Made by a program: the position numbers and the translations under genes | Notes under the pieces: model-generated | Seen by the model: only the letters and a program-made list of their open reading frames with translations | What the model was told of the DNA's origin: nothing | Database searches by the model: none | In this document: piece by piece, positions 1 to 8,037 of the stretch | Layout of the letters: the number at the start of each line of letters is the position of its first letter | Position numbering within the stretch: the stretch's first letter is position 1 | NCBI GenBank assembly: GCA_035288165.1 | Contig: DATEAU010000193.1 | Location: 1 to 29,000, forward strand | DNA: 29,000 nucleotides | Source of the DNA: Candidatus Bathyarchaeia archaeon | Lineage (GTDB): Archaea > Thermoproteota > Bathyarchaeia > Bathyarchaeales > Bathycorpusculaceae | Direction: 5' to 3'

Positions 1-119
1 TCATCAAGTCTTAGAATGACGAACTGCCCAGCTTGAGCCTTGGCAGCTATTTCAGGGGCTTCAATCTCGAGCAGTTTAATCTTGGGAGCAAGCTCTTTCT
101 TGGTTATTATCTTATGCAT
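1..119 (-). CDS. sudB: Sulfide dehydrogenase / NADH-dependent ferredoxin:NADP+ oxidoreductase small subunit (SudB/NfnA family), N-terminal fragment running off the window edge
   Basis: Not in the ORF track. Hand translation from ATG at 119 gives MHKIITKKELAPKIKLLEIEAPEIAAKAQAGQFVILRLD, which matches the typical SudB/NfnA N-terminus (…APxIAxKAxPGQFVIxRL). An alternative in-frame ATG lies at 170. Confidence 0.8.
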   Translation of the reverse strand, partial: MHKIITKKELAPKIKLLEIEAPEIAAKAQAGQFVILRLD

Positions 120-240
120 TTTTCTCTTGCCTCTGTCCAAATCAGCTTCAGCGGAAATCTCTAATTTCATTGGAATCATCCAATGCTGCATGCATCTTAA
201 AGATGTTGGAATGGTTTTTGGACGATATAATCCTTTCTCT

Positions 241-1173
241 CTATTTCCGATAGTATGGTCGTCTAATGTACCCGTAGGCTTCGAGTGCTGCTGTGATGCC
301 TTGACCAACCGCTGTTCCAACCTGCTTGACGGGTTGATTCGTGACGTCGCCTGCAGCGTAAACGCCTTGAATGTTTGTCCGTTGGAAAAGGTCGGTTTTT
401 ATGTATCCGTGTTCGTCGATTTCCACGCCTGAATCCTTGGCAACTTGGGAGTTTGGGGCTTCGCCGACCTGGACGAAAACGGCGGTTACGGATATTTCTT
501 TTGTTTCTCCAGTTTTGCTGTCGAAAACGGTGACTTTTTCGACGATTTTTTCGCCTTTAATTTCTTTTATTTCGGCGTTCCAGAGGATTTGCACGTTCTG
601 TTTAGATTGAATGTCTTTCGTCAAGGCTTCCTCACATCGAAACGCTTCTTTACGGTGGACAACCGTGACATTTGCCGCTAAACCTGAAAGATAGAGCGTG
701 GTTATTGCGGCGCTGTTTCCACCGCCAACGACCATAACGTTTTTGCCCTTGAAAAGTGGACCGTCGCAAACGCCACAGTAGCTTACGCCTTTGCCGTGAA
801 ACTTTTTTTCGCCTTGGACTCCGATTTCTCGGTAGTGTGAGCCTGTGGCGATGATGATTGCATTGGCTTCGTATTCTGTGCGTGTTGTTTTGACGGTCTT
901 CTTTTCGCCTTGTAGATTTAAGGCTGTGACGGTTTCGAGTTCGTTGATGGTTACGCCTGTTTTTCTGCAGTGGGTTGTCATTTTCTCGGCGAGTTCTGCT
1001 CCGCTGATTTGTGCGTATCCAGGATAGTTCTCCACGGTTGGCGCGTCACCGGTTGTTCCGCCTGCTAGTTTTTCCTCGATTATGAGGGTTTTGAGTCCGC
1101 TTCTTGCGGCGTAGATTCCTGCGGATAATCCTGCTGCGCCTGCGCCGATGATTATGAGTTCGTAGGTTTCCAT
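241..1173 (-). CDS. trxB: Thioredoxin-disulfide reductase
   Basis: 310 aa. FAD motif GAGAAG, redox-active CGVC within GVSYCGVCDG, NADPH motif GGGNSA, and C-terminal TNIQGVYAAGD. Confidence 0.93.
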   Translation of the reverse strand: METYELIIIGAGAAGLSAGIYAARSGLKTLIIEEKLAGGTTGDAPTVENYPGYAQISGAELAEKMTTHCRKTGVTINELETVTALNLQGEKKTVKTTRTEYEANAIIIATGSHYREIGVQGEKKFHGKGVSYCGVCDGPLFKGKNVMVVGGGNSAAITTLYLSGLAANVTVVHRKEAFRCEEALTKDIQSKQNVQILWNAEIKEIKGEKIVEKVTVFDSKTGETKEISVTAVFVQVGEAPNSQVAKDSGVEIDEHGYIKTDLFQRTNIQGVYAAGDVTNQPVKQVGTAVGQGITAALEAYGYIRRPYYRK

Positions 1174-1231
1174 GATTAATCCTTCTCGTATGGAATAGTT
1201 TGCTGGGATGGTTTATGAATTATTCGGCTGG

Positions 1232-1816
1232 CTAAAAAATGCTGATTTCGAATACGCCGCTGAGGATTGAGATTGCGCCTAGAATAATGAAGAGAACTGA
1301 GGTGCCGATTTTCAGCCATTTCATTGGGAGACGTGACAGGAGTTTTGTGCCGATGAGGACTGCTGCGCTTGTTAGGAGTGTGAAAGCCAGAAGCATTCCC
1401 GCTAACACAAAGAGCGGAGCTGTTTGTGCGGCTAACGTGATGGTTAATATTTGGGTTTTGTCGCCAAGCTCCATCAGGGACACGAGGGAAAACGAGGCTA
1501 ACAATGGCATGGCACTGTTTTTCTTTTCGACGATAACCTCCTGTTTCTTTTCTCTACGTAGAAGCGGAACGATGCCGAAGATGATGAAGACGATGCCTGA
1601 AACAACTTGGATGTAACGGATTGGCACCAGCGCCAAAAGTGTTCCTCCAACAGCAAGGCTGATTCCGTCAACCGCCAAAAAAGCCAGCATCGCACCAGCG
1701 AACACGTGCTTCCACCTGTAGTTTGAGGACAGTGAGATTATTGACAGCTGAGTCTTGTCGCCTAGTTCAGCAACGAGTATGAGGAGGAACGTAGAAATGA
1801 TCGGCAACAGGTCCAT
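1232..1816 (-). CDS. TMEM165/GDT1 (UPF0016) family Mn2+/Ca2+ antiporter
   Basis: Two ExGDKT signatures (AELGDKTQL, MELGDKTQI) and about six hydrophobic segments. ATG at 1816 (MDLLPII) is preferred over the upstream start in the ORF track. Confidence 0.9.
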   Translation of the reverse strand: MDLLPIISTFLLILVAELGDKTQLSIISLSSNYRWKHVFAGAMLAFLAVDGISLAVGGTLLALVPIRYIQVVSGIVFIIFGIVPLLRREKKQEVIVEKKNSAMPLLASFSLVSLMELGDKTQILTITLAAQTAPLFVLAGMLLAFTLLTSAAVLIGTKLLSRLPMKWLKIGTSVLFIILGAISILSGVFEISIF

Positions 1817-1973
1817 ATGAGCATATTCCTCGGTTTCGGTTCTTAAAAAGTGTTCTCTGGTGCTTCGAAAGACTATAGTCCCCTCGTCCAAACAGTGTGG
1901 TTAGAAGGTAAAGCTTAAGAATTAAGCTGAGTTAGAATCGGGCAATGTTTGAGGGTTGTTGAAGCTGGGCAAA

Positions 1974-2780
1974 ATGAAAGTTTGTGTGATTGGTCTTGGG
2001 CAGGTCGGTTTTCCGGTGGCGCAGTATGCAGATGCGAAGGGGCTTGAGGTTTGGGGTTACGACATAAACTCGAGCACTGTTGAAAGTGCTGGCAAAGCGG
2101 GAGAGTTCAGGGTTACATGTTCTTGGGAAAACGTGCCGCAGGTTGACGTTTACATAGTTTGTGTGACCACGAGCCAACGCGACGGGTCTCCTGACTTGTC
2201 GCCCGTTTTCGACGTGTGCAAGAAGATTTCGGAAAAAGCCAAGCCATCAGCACTCGTGTCTATTGAAAGCACGATAACGCCTGGCACTTGCAAAAAAATC
2301 TTTGAAAACATTTTCAAAAGCAAAATTAACCTCGTTCATGCTCCTCACAGATATTGGGCTAGCGAACCCGTGAAACACGGCGTGAACCAGATAAGAGTAA
2401 TTGGCGCAGTAAACTCGGAAAGCCTAAACGCTGGAGTCAAGTTCTATAAAGACACGCTTGGAATCCCAATGCACGTAGTCTCGTCCGTTGAAGTTGCTGA
2501 GATGTGCAAGATAACCGAGAACTCGCACCGTTACCTGCAAATTGCTTTTTCAGAAGAGTTGAAGATGATTTGCGCGAAAATCGGGTTAAACTTTGACGAA
2601 TTACGAGAAGCCATGAACACGAAATGGAACGTGGACATGCCAGAAGCCAGAGACGGCATCGGCGGGCATTGCTTGCCCAAGGACATAAGATACGTAACTT
2701 CGCTGGCGCCAAGCCAAATGCTGGAAAGCGCAATCGACGTTGACAAGAAATACCGAGAATGGCTAACAAAACAAAAATAG
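1974..2780 (+). CDS. Nucleotide-sugar 6-dehydrogenase family protein (UDP-Glc/GDP-Man/UDP-ManNAc dehydrogenase-like) lacking the C-terminal domain
   Basis: MKVCVIGLGQVG Rossmann motif, GYDIN, IESTITPGT, catalytic-Lys helix KITENSHR and catalytic Cys in GGHCLPKD. Only 268 aa from the ATG at 1974. Confidence 0.85.
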   Translation: MKVCVIGLGQVGFPVAQYADAKGLEVWGYDINSSTVESAGKAGEFRVTCSWENVPQVDVYIVCVTTSQRDGSPDLSPVFDVCKKISEKAKPSALVSIESTITPGTCKKIFENIFKSKINLVHAPHRYWASEPVKHGVNQIRVIGAVNSESLNAGVKFYKDTLGIPMHVVSSVEVAEMCKITENSHRYLQIAFSEELKMICAKIGLNFDELREAMNTKWNVDMPEARDGIGGHCLPKDIRYVTSLAPSQMLESAIDVDKKYREWLTKQK

Positions 2781-2924
2781 GAAAGCATTCAATCAGAAGC
2801 TCAACTTTTATGCTCAGAGAGACTATCCCCTCCCTTACTCAAAGGCTAAAATCTTGGTCTAACTTCCAGTTCACTTTTTGTGCAGTGGAGCTTTGCGGAG
2901 AGGACCCTCTGGATGAAGAATTGC

Positions 2925-2938
2925 GGATAAACTTATAA
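2925..2938 (+). promoter_or_regulatory. Candidate archaeal BRE/TATA promoter of the DUF354 gene
   Basis: GGATAAAC followed by TTATAA (2933-2938), 33 nt upstream of the ATG at 2971. Confidence 0.45.
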
Positions 2939-2970
2939 CAACGAGCATTCCCCTTCCTAAATGAGAAGAC

Positions 2971-4008
2971 ATGCCTGACATCTGGTTAGACACGGTTACA
3001 CCTAAAATCAGCATAGCCATCCACAGCCTACTCCCCGCCCTGCACGCGAAAGGCTACACGACGCTCGTCACCGCCAAAAAACAGACCCAAACCACCGACA
3101 TGCTGGACGCCCTTAAGGTGCCCTACCGCAAGATAGGCGATTATGGCGAAACGCTCAAGGAAAAACTCGCCGTCGAACAGAAAAGGACACTGGAATTCCT
3201 CGACCTCTTCGACGAAGTCGGCTACCCCAAAGTGCTCTGGACGCACGGCGACGTAAGCGCGATCCGCACCGCTTTCGGACTAAATATTCCAATCGTTTAC
3301 GCTAACGACACTGTGTTCGCTTACCATGTGGCAAAGCTCGCGGCGCCTCTGGTTAACTGGCTTATCGCGCCCGTGAGTTTTGGAAAGTCATGGAGCAAAT
3401 TCGGAATCCCCAAATCAAGAATCATACATTACGACGGGGTGGAAGAGGTTTCGTGGCTAAAAGGCACAGAATTCGAGAAACCAAAGTTTCTCCAAGAACT
3501 CTCAGGCAAGAGACCTGTGGTTCTTTTCAGGGATGCGGAATACAACGCCAGCTACTGCAAAAACGTGAAAATCGACTCACAACATCTCCTGAAAGAACTC
3601 GCCAAACTAGCTACAGTCGTTTGCCTGCCGCGATACGAGGACGAGAAAGAAAAACTCAAAGGCATACCCAACATATGGGTGCCGCCGAAACCAGTTCTAA
3701 CTGCCCAGCTTATTCCCTACGTGGATTTAATGGTTGGTAGCGGGGGCACCGCTTGCCGAGAAACCGCTCTCATGGGAATACCGACAATAAACTTCCACTT
3801 CTGGGACGTACAAGCACGCTACCTGCACAAGAAGGGATTCCCCATCCAAATCAGCCGAAGCACAGACAGAATCATGGCGGCTGCCAAAAAGATTCTCGCG
3901 GAACCAGAGAGGCACCGCATGAGCACGGAGAATGCACTCAAGAAACTCGAGTCGCCTATCTCCATGTGGACCAAATACATAGAGCTGTGCCTAAAACAGA
4001 GAGAGTAA
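2971..4008 (+). CDS. DUF354 family protein (predicted GT-B fold, glycosyltransferase/UDP-GlcNAc 2-epimerase-like)
   Basis: 345 aa. IWLDTVTPK start, IGDYG, PIVYANDT, YDGVEE, and GSGGTACRETALMGIPTI, all typical of the DUF354 family. Confidence 0.8.
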   Translation: MPDIWLDTVTPKISIAIHSLLPALHAKGYTTLVTAKKQTQTTDMLDALKVPYRKIGDYGETLKEKLAVEQKRTLEFLDLFDEVGYPKVLWTHGDVSAIRTAFGLNIPIVYANDTVFAYHVAKLAAPLVNWLIAPVSFGKSWSKFGIPKSRIIHYDGVEEVSWLKGTEFEKPKFLQELSGKRPVVLFRDAEYNASYCKNVKIDSQHLLKELAKLATVVCLPRYEDEKEKLKGIPNIWVPPKPVLTAQLIPYVDLMVGSGGTACRETALMGIPTINFHFWDVQARYLHKKGFPIQISRSTDRIMAAAKKILAEPERHRMSTENALKKLESPISMWTKYIELCLKQRE

Positions 4009-4487
4009 ACAGGAAAAGGTAAAAAAAGTGTCCCGAATAAGCTGCATGTTAACGGGGCTGGAAGCAACTTTTTCCGTTTGACCATCGTTATGGCAAAGCC
4101 GAGAGCGCAAGCAGGAGAACAGAATCAAAGCTTTGAATTCAAGCGTACCTTAGCAGGTATGCTGATGTTTACTTCGAGGGTGAAGTGTAGCTGTTTGGCT
4201 GTCGAAATGGTCAGAAAAACCCAGAAGAACCCGCTTTACTCGTTTAGAAGCTGACGAAACCCGAAACTGTTAGCATTGAAGAATCATTAATAATTCAGCA
4301 GTCTTGATATTTCTTCATCAAACCCCATTCAAGCCGAGAATGTGTTGCGTCTGCCAAATGATTATTGTTGAGGCTCCTGATAACTATCGCTCGAGAACGC
4401 CTTGTTCTGCTAAAGGAACAGCGGAACCTGAGCCAAGTGGCATCCCTTTCACCGGCAAAAACGGAAAAAAGGGCAATTAGCAGGGCT

Positions 4488-5375
4488 CTAGCCGCATTTG
4501 CCAGATTCCAGGTAGCCCTTCAGGTAGTAGAGTCTTATAAGCGGATGAATGTACGCTATCGTAGCTTCTCGAGTCTTGTAAGCCACAAACAGCCCCGTGA
4601 AAGGTGAAGTAAAGAATCGAACCATAATGCTAGAACGCGTGATCGGCGGTGGCTTGCTTGTCTCTTTCTCAATTCTACCCCAAATCTCGGGAAGCTGCGT
4701 AGCGTACCAATATTGATGTTTAAGCTCCTGCCTCAAACCTTTGCGCATGTGAACTGACTGCACGTTATAATCAACAATCCAATAATACCCTGCCTGCTGA
4801 ATACGGTAAGCCAGAGTGGTGTCAACCCCAGCGTTCACCTTAATCTTCGGAAAACCACCAATCGACCTCACAACCTTTGTAGAGTAAATCGTGTTATCCA
4901 AAGTTTTGCCCAATGTAAAAGCGGCCATCTGTCTTGGTCTAAGCCAAGAAGAAAGATATGCTTCCCCTCGATATTTTTTTGCCACGTATTGCTGCAATTT
5001 CCTAACCCCGCGGGGTTTGTCAGCAAACCGCATACCTGAAGCAGCGCCAACGTGAGGTTTCTCAAGAAGTGGAGGTATTTTTAACCACCAGTCTTTAGAC
5101 AGTAACAGATCTTGTTCAAAACTCACAAAGAAATCAGAAGTGACTCTTTTCAGGGCGGTGTTTGCGCCGTCGCTTATTCCAGTGCCTTCATTGAAAACGA
5201 CGGTCCATCCAAAAGACTCCGCAATTTCTCGAGTATTGTCAGTGCTGCGATCATCCGCTATGACGCGATTATTAACGAACTCTTCAGGTATCACTTCGCT
5301 TATTCGTTTAAGAACTAGCGGTAGAGTCGCGGCGCCATTCTTGGTCCACATAACAAGATCAGTTTTCGCAATCAC
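4488..5375 (-). CDS. Glycosyltransferase family 2 (GT-A fold)
   Basis: 295 aa. LVMWTKNGAATL, IADDRSTDNT and GISDGANTAL. The DxD position reads EQD. GTG start with GGAGG upstream. Confidence 0.85.
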   Translation of the reverse strand: MIAKTDLVMWTKNGAATLPLVLKRISEVIPEEFVNNRVIADDRSTDNTREIAESFGWTVVFNEGTGISDGANTALKRVTSDFFVSFEQDLLLSKDWWLKIPPLLEKPHVGAASGMRFADKPRGVRKLQQYVAKKYRGEAYLSSWLRPRQMAAFTLGKTLDNTIYSTKVVRSIGGFPKIKVNAGVDTTLAYRIQQAGYYWIVDYNVQSVHMRKGLRQELKHQYWYATQLPEIWGRIEKETSKPPPITRSSIMVRFFTSPFTGLFVAYKTREATIAYIHPLIRLYYLKGYLESGKCG

Positions 5376-5580
5376 CAGTTTATCCTCCAGATTTGTTAAA
5401 TATGAACTGTATTCTGTTACCCCTAATCTCCCTGTACGAATATATTAGCATCTTGCTCTTGTATATCACTAAATGTAAAATTACTCCTGTCCTTAACAGT
5501 TCAAAGCAAAACCGAATTTGGGACGGAATCACATTGAAGGAATACAAGAACACCGAGAAGAAAATCAGAGAGGAAGAGTA

Positions 5581-6867
5581 ATGAAGGACAAAACGTTTTC
5601 AGGCAAAGCCGTTGATGCTCTCAGAATTCTCAGGCAAAACGGGGTTAAGTCGCTTGCGGACCCTTTGGCGACTTTTCGCGAATACATAGAAGAAACAAGA
5701 TATAGAAACACAATAGCCTCGATTAGAAAAGTAGACTGCTCAGATCTCGACCTCGCAGAAAACAGAGAACTAATGTCACGTTTCGACAAGATGAAAAATC
5801 TTAATTTGAAAACGATCAATTGGTTCGTCCCATGCTTCAACCATCCATACGGAGGAATCTACACCATCCTCCGCTTTGCAAATTACTTCAGTGAAACAAA
5901 GGGCGTAAGGAACAACCTAATCATCTGCGGGGATCCACGTCAATTATCCACAAACCCATCGGTCCAAGTAGACAAGGTTTTTCCCAAGCTTTCAGAAGGA
6001 CTAATCATTTTGGGAAACAATAACGTCGAGAGTTTGCCAGAATCCGACGTTTGCATCGCCACTGATTGGACTTCGGCATATTACGCGCTGAAATACAATA
6101 AGACCAAAGGAAAATTCTATTTTATACAGGACTATGAACCCCTGTTCTTTCCTGCAGGCTCCATGTTTGCGTTGGCCGAAGCCACGTACCGTTTCGGTTT
6201 CCGTGGAATCACAAATACTCCTAGCTTGTACAATATATATGTTCATGATTATTCTGGAATTGCAGAGTATTTCGTCCCAAGTGTCGATCCGAAAGTCTTT
6301 TTCCCATCACAAAGAAAGCCACATAAACCATCTGTCGAAAATCCATTCAATGTATTCTTTTATGCAAGACCTTCAGTACCTCGAAACGGGTTCGAACTCG
6401 GAGCGTTAGCTCTAGACGCAATTAAGAAAAGATATGGAAACACAATAAAAATATACGCAGCAGGAGCTAACTGGAACCCGCGAACATACAAACTCGAAAA
6501 AACAATCACCAACCTAGGAGTTTTGCCTTATGAAAGAACGGGAGAACTCTATCGTAATTGTGATCTTGGATTGGTTTTTATGTTCACAAAACACCCGTCA
6601 TATTTACCATTTGAATTAATGGCATGCAGCTGCCCCGTCCTGACAAATTTCAATCCAGCAACTACCTGGTTTCTGAAAGACAGAACTAATTGTGTGCTAA
6701 CAGAACCTACACCGACTAGCATTTGTCAGAAGATCGAATCACTTATGAATGATTTGGAGCTCCGCAAAGATTTGATATCAAATGGCCTCATTGAAATACA
6801 GAAGGGAAACTGGGAAAAAGAAATAGAGAAGATATATGCGTTTGTCTGCAACTCTTCAAAGATATGA
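5581..6867 (+). CDS. GT-B glycosyltransferase, WsaF-like putative rhamnosyltransferase
   Basis: INWFVP…GGIYTILRFA, IATDWTSAY, YFIQDYEPLF, FFYARP..PRNGFELG and HPSYLPFELMACSCPV resemble the WsaF rhamnosyltransferase family. Lies upstream of rml genes. Confidence 0.75.
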   Translation: MKDKTFSGKAVDALRILRQNGVKSLADPLATFREYIEETRYRNTIASIRKVDCSDLDLAENRELMSRFDKMKNLNLKTINWFVPCFNHPYGGIYTILRFANYFSETKGVRNNLIICGDPRQLSTNPSVQVDKVFPKLSEGLIILGNNNVESLPESDVCIATDWTSAYYALKYNKTKGKFYFIQDYEPLFFPAGSMFALAEATYRFGFRGITNTPSLYNIYVHDYSGIAEYFVPSVDPKVFFPSQRKPHKPSVENPFNVFFYARPSVPRNGFELGALALDAIKKRYGNTIKIYAAGANWNPRTYKLEKTITNLGVLPYERTGELYRNCDLGLVFMFTKHPSYLPFELMACSCPVLTNFNPATTWFLKDRTNCVLTEPTPTSICQKIESLMNDLELRKDLISNGLIEIQKGNWEKEIEKIYAFVCNSSKI

Positions 6868-7882
6868 GGAGGCAGAAAAACTGCAATGTAGAATCTGCGG
6901 AAACAACACAGGAAACCAGGTTTTCATCGCTAAAGAAATGATGTTTGGCACCCGAGACGGATTTGAGTATTTCGAGTGTGCGCAATGTGAATGCCTTCAA
7001 ATATCTAGCCCTCCCGAAGAAATATCTAGATACTATCCCTCGGACTACTACTTGCCTGAAACTGCGTCAGCGCACAGAATGAGCAAGAAAGATAGAGCAT
7101 TGGCACTAATTTTAAAGAACCGTTTAGTTGCTAATAGTACAATCCCCATCAGTTTAGTTGGTCTCTTACATCCAAATTTCAATTTGTTCAAGTCGCTGAA
7201 AAAGGCACGCGTGTCTCTTAGGTCAAAAATTCTGGAGGTAGGATGTGGACAGGGTATCCTGCTGTTTGCTCTAAGAAGCTGGGGATTTAGAGATGTCACA
7301 GGAGTGGATCCCTATTGCCACAGCAAAATCGACCCAGAGTTGGTCATTCTCAACACTAACATCGATGAGCTCCCAGAAGACAGAAAATTTGACCTCATAA
7401 TCTTCGATCACTCGTTCGAGCACATGTTCAATCAACAGGCAACAATTGAGAAGATTTCGAGACTTCTGTCAAGCAACGGTGTCTGTCTCTTGAGGATTCC
7501 CGTGAAGTCTGCCTACATTTGGCAGCGATATAAGGTTGATTGGGTACAGTTGGATGCGCCTCGTCATTTCTTTCTCCACACGATAAAGAGTCTTGGTCTC
7601 CTAGCGGAAAAATCGGGTCTGCAAATAGAAGATTTCGTTTTTGACTCAACAGAGTTTCAATTCTGGGGAAGCGAACAGTACAAGAGAAATATTCCGCTAA
7701 GGGCGCAGAATTCATATTACGTAAATCCTAGAGAAAGTATCTTCACTACAAGAGAACTGATTGGATTTAGGAAACTCGCAATCGAATTGAACAAAACCTG
7801 TCGAGGAGATCAAGCAGAATTCTATCTTAGAAGATGCAACAATGAGAATCTGAAGTATCGTCAGAAAACTACGCCCCGCTAA
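6836..7882 (+). CDS. Class I SAM-dependent methyltransferase with N-terminal Zn-binding cysteines (glycan-locus type)
   Basis: CRIC…CAQC zinc motif, SAM motif ILEVGCGQG, FDLIIFDHSFEH and LDAPRHFFLH. The start is either ATG 6836 or CTG 6881, which follows GAGGAGG. Confidence 0.85.
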   Translation: MRLSATLQRYEEAEKLQCRICGNNTGNQVFIAKEMMFGTRDGFEYFECAQCECLQISSPPEEISRYYPSDYYLPETASAHRMSKKDRALALILKNRLVANSTIPISLVGLLHPNFNLFKSLKKARVSLRSKILEVGCGQGILLFALRSWGFRDVTGVDPYCHSKIDPELVILNTNIDELPEDRKFDLIIFDHSFEHMFNQQATIEKISRLLSSNGVCLLRIPVKSAYIWQRYKVDWVQLDAPRHFFLHTIKSLGLLAEKSGLQIEDFVFDSTEFQFWGSEQYKRNIPLRAQNSYYVNPRESIFTTRELIGFRKLAIELNKTCRGDQAEFYLRRCNNENLKYRQKTTPR

Positions 7883-8037
7883 TCTGAGGAGCTCGGGGAA
7901 AGTTGCGATAATCACACCCCGCACTATTAATAACTGGATAGCCAATATGAAATGACCTTGGGGATTCTGATTGCTCGGAACATCCAATCTTAAGTTGAGG
8001 TAGAGGAAGAAAAACTGAAAACTTTGGTGAAGATAAC

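Noticed and set aside
40-432. 130-aa plus-strand ORF, and the many other short overlapping ORFs in the track (e.g. 2437-2769, 7712-8119, 18606-19046, 24501-24956)
   Set aside because: They are antisense or out of frame to well-supported genes and have no protein-family features.
2782-2920. Possible frameshifted or read-through C-terminal domain of the sugar dehydrogenase (the +1 frame contains SKAKILV)
   Set aside because: That frame stops immediately after KILV and shows no GLAFK or DxRES motif. TAG read-through gives 22 unrelated residues. Probably chance.
4245-4315. Hammerhead-ribozyme-like core CTGACGA…GAAA with a possible stem III (ACTGTT/AGCAGT) and a GTC site
   Set aside because: Only 5 nt (AACCC) lie between CTGACGA and GAAA, so stem II and its G-C closing pair cannot form. 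Stem I pairing is also poor.
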